A stretch of 64,000 bases of DNA, taken from NCBI RefSeq assembly GCF_009914755.1, contig NC_060927.1; one strand, written 5' to 3'. The first letter of the stretch is position 1. Each line of letters opens with the position of its first letter. Shown here piece after piece: positions 1-14,565 of the stretch. Made by a program: the position numbers and the translations under genes. This stretch comes from the human T2T-CHM13v2.0 reference genome, Homo sapiens. The notes under the pieces were generated by a model. The model saw nothing but the letters and a program-made list of their open reading frames with translations. It was not told the origin of the DNA and ran no database searches.

Positions 1-62
1 CACTTGTTTATTTTTTCTTTTGTTGCCTGTGCTTTTGGTGTCATACCCAAAAAAATCATTGC
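1..62 (-). mobile_element. L1 (LINE-1) ORF2-region fragment, cut by the window edge
   Basis: TTTTCTTTTGTTGCCTGTGCTTTTGGTGTCATA...AAATCATTGC matches antisense L1 ORF2 3' sequence. Confidence 0.75.
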
Positions 63-309
63 AAGTATTGGTTTAGTTATTTTTTGCCCATTGCTGATAC
101 TAGGAAAGACTTCCTGAGAGCATAATATACATTTGTTTTGTTCACTATTGTGTCCACATCCCAGCACCCAGAACAATGCCTGGTGCACAGTAGGTGACCA
201 ATACATTTTTACTTGAAAGATTAAGTTATTATGTGATCATCCCAAGTAACTGTGTGGTTAAGTAGGTAGTGTAGGTACTGTTTATAGATAAGGGACAAGT
301 AGCTCATAT

Positions 310-1753
310 TGTGTCTGGAATTGGTGGGTTTTTGGTCTCACTGACTTCAAGAAAGAAGCCGCAGACCCTCGCGGTGAGTGTTACAGTTCTTAAAGGCGGC
401 GTGTCCGGAGTTTGCTCTTTCTGATGTTTGGATGTGTTTGGAGTTTTATTCCTTCTGGTGGGTTCGTGGTCTCGCTCGCTCAGGAGTGAAGCTGCAGACC
501 TTCGCGGTGAGTGTTAAAGCTCATAAAGGCAGTGCGGACCGAAAAAGCAAGATTTATTGCAAAGAGCAAAAGAACAAAGCTTCCACAGTGTGGAAAGGGA
601 CCTGAGCAGGTTACCAGGGCTGCCTGGGACAGCCTGCTTTTATTCCCTTGTCTGGCCACACCCACATCCTGCTGACTGGTCCATTTTACAGAGAGCTGAT
701 TGGTCTGTTTTGACAGGGCGCTGATTGGTGTGTTTACAATCCCTGAGGTAGACACACAAGTTCTCCAAGTCCCCACTAGATTAGCTAGACACAGAGCACT
801 GATTGCTGCATTCACAAACCCTGAGCTAGACACAAGGTGCTGATTGGTGCATTTACAAACCTTGAGCTAGACACAGAGTGCTGATTGGTGCATTCACAAT
901 CCCTTAGCTAGACATAAAGGTTCTCCAAGTCCCCACTAGATTAGCTAGACACAGAGCACTGATTGGTGCACTTACAAACCTTGAGCTAGATACATTGTGC
1001 TGATTGGTACATTTACAAACCTTGAGCTAGACACAGAGTGCCAATTGGTGTATTTACAATCCCTTAGCTGGACATAAAGGTTCTACAAGTCCCCACTAGA
1101 CTCAGGAGACCAGCTGGCTTCACCTAGTGGATCACGCACCAGGGCTGCAGGTGGAGCTGCCCGCCAGTTCCGAGCCGTGAGCCTGCACTCCTCAGCCCTT
1201 GGGCGGTGGATGGGACCAGGCGCCGCAGAGCAGGGGGCGGCGCTCCTTGGGGAGGCGCTCCTTGGGGAGGCTCGGGCCACACAGGAGCCCACAGCGGGGG
1301 AAGGCTCAGGCATGGCGGGCTGCAGGTCCTGAGCCCCGCCCCGCAGGGAGGCAGCTGAGGCCAGGCGAGAATTCGAGCACAGTGCCGTTGGGCAAGTACT
1401 GCTGGGGGACCCGGCGCACCCTCCGCAGCTGCTGGCCTGGGTGCTAAGCCCCTCACTGCCTGGCCGGTGTTGCCGGCTGCCGCTCCGAGTGCGGAGCCCG
1501 TGGAGCCCATGCCCACCCGGAACTCGCACTGGCCGGCAAGCGCCGTGCGCATCCCGGGTTCCCACCCATGCCTCTCCCTCCACACCTCCCCACAAGCCGA
1601 GGGAGCCGGCTCTGGCCTCAGCCAGCTCAGAGAGGGGCTCCCACGGTGCAGTGGCAGGCTGAAGGGCCCCTCAAGCGCTGCCAGAGTGGGCGCGGAGGAG
1701 GTGCCCACAGCGAGCGAGGGCTGCGCGTGCTGCCAGCACACTGTCACCTCTCA
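310..1753 (-). mobile_element. LTR12 (ERV9) solo LTR, LTR12C-like
   Basis: Minus-strand termini TGAGAGGTGACAG...CCAATTCCAGACACA; ~41-bp CTGATTGGTGCATTTACAA repeats; GC/CpG-rich U3; 4-bp TSD ATAT (306-309) / ATGT (1754-1757). Confidence 0.95.
630..1100 (-). promoter_or_regulatory. ERV9 LTR enhancer/promoter: tandem CCAAT (NF-Y) repeats and AATAAA-type TATA box
   Basis: Seven intact ATTGG boxes (~699, 724, 843, 884, 962, 1003, 1044); GAATAAAAGCAGGCTG on the minus strand at ~630-646; promoter faces leftward. Confidence 0.7.
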
Positions 1754-1871
1754 ATGTGGTCACAAGGATTCTGATTTCCTGTCTCATAGGCTTTCTATTA
1801 CCAGTACATTCTGTTATCAGTCTTCATGACTCATGATCTTGTCTTAGATTATTAGATAAATATATGGGTTC

Positions 1872-2112
1872 TTTTTGAAAAGCTTTGTTGAGATATAATT
1901 CATGTATCATATAATTCACCCACTTAAAGAAAACAATCAAATGGTTTGTAGTATATTCACAGAGTTGTGCAATCATTATTACATGATTTTTATAACAATA
2001 TCATCACCTCCAAAAGAATTGCCCTATCCTTTAGGCAGCACCCCCCCAATTCCTCCATCACTCCCAGCCCCAGGTGACTATTAATCTGTCTGAAGTCCTT
2101 ATAGATTTGCCT
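1872..2112 (-). mobile_element. Old L1M (L1MB/MC-type) 3' UTR fragment
   Basis: CTTTGTTGAGATATAATTCA...ATATTCACAGAGTTGTGCAA is typical antisense L1M 3' end. Confidence 0.75.
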
Positions 2113-2113
2113 T

Positions 2114-2296
2114 ATAGCTCACTGAAACCTCGAGCCCTTGGGCTCAAGCCACCCTCCTGCCTCAGCCTCCTGAGCAGCTAGGACTACAGGTGTGCACCAC
2201 CAAGACTGGCTACTTACTAAAAATTTTTTTATAGAGATGGAGTCTCGCTATATTGCCCAGGCTGGTCTTGAACTCTGGTCGCATGCAATCCTCCCA
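2114..2296 (-). mobile_element. AluJ fragment
   Basis: GGGCTCAAGC...CCTGCCTCAGCCTCC...GCCCAGGCTGGTCTTGAAC. Confidence 0.9.
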
Positions 2297-2389
2297 TTTT
2301 AAGTATATATACAGCTTCTATACATTGCTTGTTAGAATTATTTCTAGATGGTTTAGGTTTTTGTTATTATTTTGAATGAATTGAGTGTT

Positions 2390-3228
2390 CTAGAGCTGTG
2401 CTGTCCAATGTAGTAGCTGCTTGACATATGCAGCTATTGAGCACATGAAATATGGTTGGTCCTGTTTCTTTTTAAAGTCGCTACTAGCACATTTAAAATG
2501 ACGTACGTGACAAATTATATTTCTGTGGAATGGTCATGTTCCTGACAGAACAAATTTATCAGATGAATATAAAAATATGTATTTCATTTTGTATTTTGTA
2601 GCCAAAATACTACAAGCTCTCAAGGAAAACTGAGATTTGCTGTGAGGGTAAAATACACACCAGAATTTTTTTTTTTTTTTTTTTTTTTTTGAGACGGAGT
2701 CTTGCTCTGTTACCCAGGCTGGAGTGCGGTGGTGCAATCTCGGCTCAATGCAGCCTCTGTCCCCTGGGTTCCAGCAATTCTCCTATTCTCCTGGCTCAGC
2801 CTCTTGGGTAGCTGGGATTACAGGTGCACGCCACCACGCCCGGCTAATTTTTGTGTTTTTAGTAGAGATGGGGTTTCGCCATGTTGGCCAGGCTGGTCTT
2901 GAACTCCTGACCTCAGGTGATCCCCCCAACCTTGGTCTCCCAAAGTGCTGGGATTGCAGGCTTGAGCCACTGCGCCCGGCCTACACGCCGGAATTTTAAA
3001 GCTCGGTATGAAAAAAAGAATGTAAATATTTCATTACTAATTTTAAGTGTTAATTACATATTGAAGTGATACTACTTTGGGTCATATATTTAAGTAATAT
3101 TTAACGATAAAATATGTTATTAAAATTAATTTCACCTGTATCTTTTAACTTGTTTAATGTCACGAATAGAACATTTAAAGTTGCATATGTGACTTGTGGT
3201 ATATTAATATTGGATAGTGATGGTCTAG
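2390..3228. mobile_element. MER33/MER3-type hAT-Charlie MITE, interrupted by a duplication and an Alu
   Basis: TCTAGAGCTGTGCTGTCCAAT start; TTGGATAGTGATGGTCTAGA end; internal AACTGAGATTTGCTGTGAG. Confidence 0.7.
2670..2981 (-). mobile_element. AluS
   Basis: Full dimer with poly-T; TSD TACACACCAGAATTTT / TACACGCCGGAATTTT. Confidence 0.95.
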
Positions 3229-3862
3229 ACATAAAATTTATCAGGTAAGCTTAAAATGTGTATTCCACTTTGTATTTTGTAGCCAAAATCTTAAAATCCC
3301 TCAGAAAGAAACATATTTTGAAAGGTAGTAGAGGAAGATCCCATGATCAGAAAAGACTGAAGATATACCATGAAAACAGTGTTTGGCTCTATATCCAAAT
3401 ATATCACAAATTTGATGACTAGGCATGGGCTGCCCACATCTATCCCAGTCTGGGCCTTCACAATAGCCTCTCAATGGGATGTCCCTCTTCTGTTCTTGCC
3501 CTCTCCCTGGGAATAATCCCCACACCAGTCAGAGGGCTGTTTCCATGATGCTGGTCAGGTTCCACCACTTCCTGCCTCAGCACCCGTCAATGGCTTCCCA
3601 AAGCCTTACGTGATCTGGGCTTCCTCTCCCATCTCTCTTTCCAGTCTAGGCTTCGCCCATCAGCTCTGGCTACACCATCACCTCTCCTTGTTCCCTTTCT
3701 CTTGGGATACTCTCCTGGCCTGGTCTTGTCAGGGCTGGCTCCTACCTGTCATTCATATCTCAGCTTCCTTTGCAGTGGGTTTTCAGAGCGTCTCATGAAG
3801 AGTAAAGACTATGAAGCTATCCTGCCTGAGTAGCTGTGTGACTCTGGGAGAGTTTACTTTTC

Positions 3863-4185
3863 TTTTCTTTTTTTCTTGTTTTTTTTTTTTGTTTGTTTTT
3901 TTTTTGAGATGGACTGTCACTCTGTCGCCCAGGCTGGAGTGCAGCGGCACGATCTTGGCTCACTGCAAGCTCCAACTCCTGGGTTCGTGCCATTCTTCTG
4001 CCTCAGCCTCCTGAGTAGCTGGGACTACAGGTGCCCGCCACCACGCCCGGCTAATTTTTTGTATTTTTAGTAGAAATGGGGTTTCACCGTGTTAACCAGA
4101 ATGGTTTTAATCTCCTGACCTCGTGATCCGCCCGCCTAGGCCTCCCAAAGTGCTGGGATTACAGGCGTGAGCCACCGTGCCCAGC
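3863..4185 (-). mobile_element. AluY-like, inserted in a MIR
   Basis: CACTGCAAGCTCC and GCCATTCT diagnostics; exact 17-bp TSD GGGAGAGTTTACTTTTC (3846-3862, 4186-4202). Confidence 0.95.
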
Positions 4186-4373
4186 GGGAGAGTTTACTTT
4201 TCTATTCCAGTCTGCTCATCTGCAAAAGGGTATAATTATGGCGTCCTCAGAAGATTAAATGAGTGATTACATGAACAATGCTTACAACAGTGTCTGGCAT
4301 ATAGTAAGTACCATGTTTATATCATCATCATCACTACCACCACCATCATCATTGTCACTATTAAATGTTTGGC

Positions 4374-4630
4374 AATCCCAGCACTTTGGGAGGCTGAGGC
4401 AGGTGGATTGCTTGAGCTCAGGAATTCAAAACCAGCCTGGGTAACATCGTAAAACCCCATCTCTACTAAAAATACAAAAAAATAGCCAGGTTGGTGGCAT
4501 GTGACTGTTGTCCAAGCCACTCGGGAGGCTGAGGTGGGAGGTTGAGGCTGCAGTGAGTCCTCATTGCGCCACCATACTTGAGCCTGGGCAACAGAGTGAG
4601 ACCTTATCTCAAAACAAAACAAAACAAAAA
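4374..4630 (+). mobile_element. AluJ, 5'-truncated, (AAAAC)n tail
   Basis: AATCCCAGCACTTTGGGAGG...GAGACCTTATCTC. Confidence 0.9.
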
Positions 4631-4910
4631 ACTTGGCAACATGTATCAAGGAACTTAAGAAAGGGTCTCACCACTGATCCAACAATTCAGTTGAAGGAAT
4701 TTATCCCAAGTAAATGTTTACTTAGACAAGAGTATATGGATTTGCATACCTCATGGGATTTAAAAAATTATTTTAAAACAATTACAATTATCTATTATAA
4801 AATAATTACAATAATATATTTTAAAATAGGAATGATAAATTGGAAATAGCCTACGTATTGATTAAATACCAACAACAGTGAAATAACAGACAGTCATGAA
4901 AAATTACCTA

Positions 4911-5684
<774 letters not shown>

Positions 5685-5694
5685 ATCTCGCTTA

Positions 5695-5915
5695 TAGGTC
5701 CCCAGGCTTTTTCTATAAAGGGCCACATAATAAAAATTTAGACTTATGGGCCATATGGTCTCAGTCACAACTACTGAGCTCCCTGTTTGTAATGTGAAAG
5801 CAGTCACAGACAACATGCAAAAAAATGAGCATGGTCGTGTTCTGATAAAACTTTATTTACTAAAGAAGGCAGAGGGCCTGATTTGGCTTGTGGAGTATAC
5901 TTTACTGTTCCCAGT
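5695..5915. mobile_element. MER58A hAT-Charlie MITE
   Basis: TTTTCTATAAAGGGCCACATAATAAAAATTTAGAC...CAACTACT...GGGCCTGATTTGGC. Confidence 0.8.
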
Positions 5916-6204
5916 CTAGAATAAAAGTTTCTAACTTGGAAAAATGTTCCCAAACTGCTAAATGAAACAGAGCAGGTTGCAAATAATTATGAAGTGTTCC
6001 CTTTTGGTGGAAAAAGTATATCTCTATGTATGTCCCGTGCATATGAACAGATGTATAAAAATACACAAGTTTGGAAGGGCTTACTAAAATGTCAATGGTG
6101 ATTGTTTCTGGGTGATGGGAATATGAACACTCTATACTTTTCTATATTCTCTCATTGTTTTTCAATCAGGGTACATTAATTTTATAGTTAGAAAAGTAAG
6201 AATT

Positions 6205-6511
<307 letters not shown>

Positions 6512-7197
6512 GGAAAGAAAAATAAGAATTAAAACAAATAAACTGGAGGGGCTTTTAAAGGTCCAAACTCATACGAACCTTGAATCCCTCTTGAATCCCT
6601 CCAACCTTCTTCCTAAGTCCTCGGTGAGAAAAAACTCACCTGTATCCTTTCACTATACTGATATTCTGTTTTATGCAGTTAAAACATTATTCTAATATGG
6701 GATCCAGCAGACTTCTCCAGGCTACCAAAGGGGTCTGTGGAACAAGAAAAAGTGAATGTAGTATCTGCCCGCTCCCTGGTCATAACCCTCCAGGAGTCAA
6801 ATGACGCAAGCCTTAGTCTTTCACTGTAGTGCTCTCAGAATTAAAAGCAAAATTCATATGAAGAATCCAGCAAAGGATGGGTAACTGGAGATCCTCAGTA
6901 AGTGTTCATTCTGTTCTCCTTTCCTTCTGTAGGCTGGTGCCACCAACATTTGGAATTAGCTATCAGTTCTCTTATCTGAAATCGTATTGCTTCCAGAATG
7001 GGTACCTCTAGTTGTTTTACCAATTCGTCACTTGTATCAGACAGAGCCAAGTGTCACCCTCTGTGTTCCTCTCAAGCCCTCTGCTTTATTCCTTGCTGGC
7101 AGGACCCTAATGATGTCAGGTATTAATTTTGCTATGTGTTTTGGGAAGGTTATCCTTCCCCATCTCCAGGGAGGATTAAGTGCTGATTAGTATAAAT

Positions 7198-7405
7198 TAG
7201 TGGTTTTCAACTGGGGCCATTCTGCCCTATCAGGGATACTAGACAATATCGGAGACTTTTTTATTATCACTTTTTATTATCAAAAGGGTTGCCACTGGCA
7301 TCTAGTGGATAGAGGCCAGGGATGCTTCATATAATGCATAAGGCACTCCCCACAATAAAGAATAACCTTGTCCAAAATGTCAATAGTACCATGTTTTAGA
7401 CACCT
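7198..7405. mobile_element. MER20 hAT-Charlie MITE
   Basis: GTGGTTTTCAACTGGGG...CACTGGCATCTAGTGGATAGAGGCCAGGGATGC...AAATGTCAATAGT. Confidence 0.8.
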
Positions 7406-7727
7406 TCACCTAACCAATCATGGTAATTCCATTTCTTTTTCCAGGTGGTGAAACTGTGGCCAGTGAGCTCAAGAGAAATCCTGGGAGGAAAAAAACCCTT
7501 TTATCCCTGATATAAAAAATGCATGAGGAGAAACTGCCCTTCCTTACGGCCTTTCGATATTCCTGGGGAAAAATGTGATGGTTGCAGCTGCAGTAGGTTT
7601 TTGTCATTAATACAAAAGATGGCAGAGACAAGACAGGAAAAACACCGACCTCCTCAGTGACATTGCTGAGTCTGGGAAACAATCCTGCAACCTCCTTACT
7701 GCTCTGGACTTCTTATTGGTAAAATAG

Positions 7728-8037
<310 letters not shown>

Positions 8038-8067
8038 TAAAACAGTTTCTTTTAAAAATTTACTATT

Positions 8068-8416
<349 letters not shown>

Positions 8417-8709
8417 CTATTTGTTCTTTTTGTGTTATATGTAGCCTTTTAAAAATGTTAATGCTAGAGTTTATACAGGGTCCCTCCCCCATTCCATGGT
8501 TGTAGAAATTGAGACCTAAATGGTTTAGGGGACTTGCTTATGGTCACACAGCTTTTTAAGCAATGCAGATGGGACCAGAAAGTCAGCTGATACGATTGAG
8601 CCCTTAGTGTATTTACAATATTGTGCCTGTGCCTGGGGAAGTTCCCAGAAAATTAAGTATGAGTAAATTCAGAGGCTCTTTGGATAAAGATCTTACACTG
8701 GATCAACAA

Positions 8710-8930
8710 TAATGACAATGAGCTGAGCACCTACTATGTGACAGCCACTTTATATATATTTATCTTGAATCTTCACAATCACCCTGAGTGGTTGGTATTA
8801 TTTTTCTCATTTTGTAGGCAATGAAAATTGAAACATGGAGTTTCAATGGCTCACCCAAGGCTACACAGCAAGATGTTCATGAAATCAAACCTATGTCAGA
8901 TCTTAGAATCCACTCTAATTCCACTATACC
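8710..8930 (+). mobile_element. MIR
   Basis: TGAGCACCTACTATGTG...CTCATTTTGTAGGCAATGAAAATTGA...CCCAAGGCTACACAGC. Confidence 0.7.
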
Positions 8931-10017
8931 ACATGACCTCCCTTCCTAAGCATCAAAGCCTACTAGACTCATGACAGCGCAAGCTCCAAAGTGGGTGCAT
9001 CTGAAGGAAGATTTTGTCTTAATATATTTTACCCAGTGGATGATGCTTCTTAACAGTGACTTCAAGAGCAAACTAAAGAGTAATACTGAGGAAGAGAGTT
9101 CAGATAAAACACCCATCACCTACAGTTAAAGAGCAGTGAGGTTTGGGTAGGGTTGAGGGGTACGGCATACAGATGAAGATCTTGCTTCAAGATCGGACTC
9201 CCTGGGGAGCTACTCAGTTCTTCTCCTCGTTGTACTGCCAACCTCTGGCAAGCCAGCCATCAACACTGTGATATTAAGAGCACAATAGTGATCATTTCTT
9301 ATGTGGTTGCCAGTCAGTACTGTGCTGTTCTTCCTAATAAGGATGAATAAACTAACTAACTTAGCATACATCGTTTCCTTTAGTCCTCTCAAAACCTAGG
9401 GAGGGATTTACCTTAAAAGCGACCCAACAAACCAACTGTGTTGCCCTTTGCCCAAGGCAACACAGCCAGCAACTGTAAGGAGACTCAGTTCCCACTATAC
9501 CTCTGAGCCTCTGTCTTGTGCGTCTCCCCCTCAGACCTGCCTATTTCTCATTCCTTGTCTTTGCTGCAGCTGAGCCCCTGTTTGGAATGCTATCGCCCTC
9601 CGCCTCTTCCCGGTCATGTGTCACAGCTCAGGTGAAATCCTGCATCCTTGGGGGAAATGTGTCTGTGACCACTTTAGTCCACAGAGCTTTTCCCTTACTG
9701 ATACCTCAAAAAAAGAAAAAAATTCGCTGAACTTTATTATGAACATCTTGTTGCACCTATCTTGATTTATTTCAGTTGATACTTAACATAAAAAAAGCAC
9801 ACATACGATTTAAAAATATTTCTCCAAATAGCCCTCTGCGTTAGGAAATAGAAAACCGCCACTTACTAGTTATGCCACTTTGTTCAATCACTCTTGAAAC
9901 CTCAATTTCCTCAGCCCCTAAATGGGCATAATCTTACTAGGCCTCGGAGAACCTGCAGGGTTCTTGTGAGGACAGAACATTTTCCTACAGGAAAATGTTT
10001 AAAAAATGTAATTCCCT

Positions 10018-10270
10018 AGACCAGGAACTAGAAAGCCAAATGCCCACAAGAATCAAGCAGCGAATGAGGGAAGGAGGCCAGGGTAAGACAACAGGAATTA
10101 GTGGGGGTCTGGTGCCCTGGAGACCACATGTCCCATCTGAGGAGACAGCTGTTGCTCAGCTCCAGCCAATTACTGCCATTCAGGAATGAGGACCCAGTGT
10201 TGCGAGAGCTTAATTTTTCAAGAGACACAAAAAAACAAAGACTTAAAGTGACATCATTTGATTTTTGTAA
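10018..10270. mobile_element. MER102-type hAT-Charlie fragment
   Basis: CAAATGCCCACAAG...CCCAGTGTTGCGAGAGCTTAATTTTTCAAGAGA. Confidence 0.55.
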
Positions 10271-10273
10271 CAT

Positions 10274-10596
10274 CGCTGGGTGTGGTGTTTCATGCCTGTT
10301 ATCCCAGCACTTTGGGATGCCAAGGCAGGTGGATCGCTTCAGCCCAGGAGTTTGAGACCAGCCTGAGCAAAGCCCCATCTCTACAAATATAGAAAAATTA
10401 GTCAGGCATGGTGTCATGCGCCTATAGTTCCAGCTACTTGGGGAGGGGGCAGGGGCGGGTGCTGCAGTGGATGCATAGCTTGAGCCTGGGAGGTTGAAGC
10501 TTCAGTGAACTGATTGCTCCGCCGCACTCCAGCCTGGGTGACGGAGTAAGACCTACTCTCAAAAAAAACCAAACCAAAACAAAAAACAAACAAAAC
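10274..10596 (+). mobile_element. AluJ
   Basis: Diverged Alu dimer with A-rich tail. Confidence 0.9.
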
Positions 10597-10956
10597 CCCC
10601 CATTATTTATGCCAAACTAAACGAAACATAATGAGTGTCTTTCCTATAGGAAGCTACTTTGCAACTTTGTTCTATATATGTGTATATTGCTCTAGACAAG
10701 AATATTTGGATTGGCTCTCTGAGTTATTTTGTGTAAAATGTTTTCTTCAATATATACTTAGTAAGTCTAAGTTTCGCTTTCTCAATAAGACTGTAAGGGT
10801 TTTTGGACACAATTTATACCTCCTGTATTGATGTGTAAGCCAAGCCTGATTAACAATCTTGGTAAATGGTAACTTACTTGTTTGTCTATTTGTGTGGTCC
10901 TTAAATGTCAGCATGAGTCAGCATTTCCTGAGTTGCTTGTTAAAAATGATGATTTC

Positions 10957-11812
10957 CCCCAGCAATTCCATCCCTAGAAATAGAACAGTGTACATTTATT
11001 CATCAAAAGACATGTACTAGGATGATCATAGCAGCACTATTCACAATAGCTGCAAACTGAAATCTATCCAATTGCCCATTAGCAGTCTTAGAATAAATTT
11101 AAAAATTGCATTACATTCACAATGAAAAATCTATGCAGCACTGAAAAAGAATAAACTGTAACTGCAGGCAGCAACATAGATGAATTTCACAAATACAAGG
11201 TCAAGCAAAATAAGTCAGACACCAAAGGGTGTACAATATATATTTCCATTTCTATAAATACAGAAATTGGTAAAACCTAATGCATGGGTTATAAATTAGA
11301 ATAATAGTAACTGTTGGGGTCGGGCGCGGTGGCTCACGCCTGTAATCCCAGCACTTTGGAAGGCCAAGGTGGGCGGATCATGAGGTCAGGAGATTGAGAC
11401 CATCCTGGCCAACATGGTGAAATCCTGTCTCTACTAAAAATACAAAAATTAGCTGGGTATGGTAGCACGCACCTGTAATCCCAGTTACTCGGGAGGCTGA
11501 GGCAGGAGAATCGCTTGAACCGGGAGGTAGAGGCTGCAGTGAGTGGAGATCGCGCCGTGCCACTGCACTCCAGCCTGGGTGACAGAGTGAGACTCCGTCT
11601 CAAAAAAAAAACAAAACAAAACTACAAAAACAAACAAAAAAAGCAAAACAGTAACTGTTGGAGAGAAGTAGTGATAAAGGGAAAAAAAAGAGACTTCTAG
11701 GGTGCTGGCAGTGTTCTTTCTTGATCTGGGTTCTGGTTGCATGGGTGTGAAAATTAATTGAGGTGTCTACTTTTTGTACTTTTCTGTACATTAATATTGC
11801 AATGAAATGTTA
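10957..11812 (+). mobile_element. Old L1M (L1MD/ME) 3' fragment, inside a MER5-type element and split by an Alu
   Basis: CCAGCAATTCCATCCCTAG...CATAGCAGCACTATTCACAATAGC...TGATCTGGGT. Confidence 0.7.
11318..11648 (+). mobile_element. AluS (Sc-like)
   Basis: Full dimer; TSD AATAGTAACTGTTGG / AACAGTAACTGTTGG. Confidence 0.94.
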
Positions 11813-12622
11813 AAATGCTAATTCCAGGGCCCTAGCCCAGACTGATAGAATCACCCTCTCTTGAGTGCAGGTGTGTGGGTGTGTCTGTGCATGTGTGTGG
11901 TCAACAGGGTCCCCAGGCATTTCTATGCACATCATTAGGGTAACATCCTTTGAAAATTACACCGCACTTGAATGACACACATATTTCCTTCTTCAAGGGG
12001 TTTCTGCAAGCACTCTTGGCTAACTCAGCAGCATCTGCCTTTCCTAGTTTCTTTTGTTGTATATGCCCATGTTTTACCAGAAGCCAAGAGGGACATAACG
12101 TTAAGAGGTCTTATGGGTACTTTCAAACAGTGGCACTTGGGGCAACAGAGAGAGACAGCTCTGATAATGTGCCAGCTTATAAAATATAGCTAAATATAAT
12201 TAAATGTTTATGGGGTGACTAATACGCCATATCCCTAGGGGAATAAGTCAAGTGCTCACCGTTGCTGAATTTCCACTGAATCCTGGCTTCTCTAGAGAAG
12301 GATTGCTGGGTGGAAGCCAGAAGGAGCTGGGGCTTTTCCTTCTGCCCATATGCCCAATACATGCCCAGTTTAGTGTTCAGGGCTCACTGTGCTCAATAGA
12401 TATGTTTGTTGCTGTCTTTTCCATCTGGAAGGGACTGTAAAGATCATCTGGTTCAGAGGCTGTCACAGATCTACCTAGAGAGGTGCAGCAGCATCTGCTG
12501 AGATGTGGTAAATATACAGATTCCCAGGCCAACAGCAAACCCGCTGAGTCTTAATTCCATTGCTTTGGAGCTTCATTTCAATGAATAACAATTTAAAGTG
12601 AGTGTATCAATAGAGCAGAATA

Positions 12623-12978
<356 letters not shown>

Positions 12979-13182
12979 TCACTGTCTTTGAGCCTCACTT
13001 TCCTCATCTGTGAAGTGAGAATAATACTATCTACCATGGAGGGTTGTGAGGAGGGTGCTTACAAAGCCCTGCCAGCTCTACCTGGAACATCCCCAGCATT
13101 CCATCGATGTTGGCTACTAAGAAAGGTACTTCAGATTACATTGTTGTTACTGGAATTAACTCACAATAAAAAAAGAAAATTC

Positions 13183-13510
<328 letters not shown>

Positions 13511-14247
13511 CTCATCTGTATCACTATAATTATTTTTTTCACCTTTAAAAATCTGAAATGTAGTAAAAGGAACTTCTTACTGAAAAGGTTATCTAGGTAC
13601 CATCCAAAGTCCTCCTGCATGCTCCACTTTTCGGGGCCACATGGATAATATATTTGGAGAAACAATGAAAAGAGCACAGGCCGATGGAAAGGAATGGTTT
13701 CAAGATCGCACTTCTTGCTAACATTTTTGTCAAGACTAGGGGAAGTGTGCAGCCTGTTGCCTGAGATTGAGAGTGGGTAGATGGGGAAAAGGGTTGATTT
13801 CTTCCAGGAAGGGTGAAAATAGACATGTTGGTGCCAAGCTCTTGAACATTACACAAGACAGGACACCTCATTGCGCATTGGACTACTTTTGCCTAGGGAG
13901 ACCTGGACGTTAAAGTGGTTGTCAAGCTGTCCGGTGTGGAGTCTACAAAAAAGAACAGATCCGCAGTTTAAGATTTATGCTCCAGGACGGTAGGATCACC
14001 ACTCCGAATACACAACTCACGTAGGTTCTTGGCTGACTCCCTTTGGGTCTCTGTTGCTTTTTCCCTGCCTTCTTGGGTTTAAATATTACTCAGGTATTTA
14101 TGAAAAGGGAGCATAAAATTTGGCTGAGGACCAGTGCAGTTCAGTGCAATCCACTTGCACGAAGCCCTGAAATGTGCTGGAACACTGATTTTATTACTAA
14201 ATAACTGAATAGGAATGGAAGAGAACCAGACAGAATTTGATTCTAGA

Positions 14248-14565
<318 letters not shown>

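Noticed and set aside
696-1100. Regularly spaced ~41-bp repeats that superficially resemble a CRISPR array
   Set aside because: Tandem units without unique spacers; this is the known ERV9 LTR enhancer repeat in primate DNA
378-1829. Overlapping ORFs up to 207 aa
   Set aside because: They lie in the GC-rich LTR12, which is stop-poor by composition; no recognisable protein domain
6898-6932. Plus-strand GTAAGT donor followed by a strong acceptor
   Set aside because: Only 35 nt apart, too short for a human intron; no supporting exon structure
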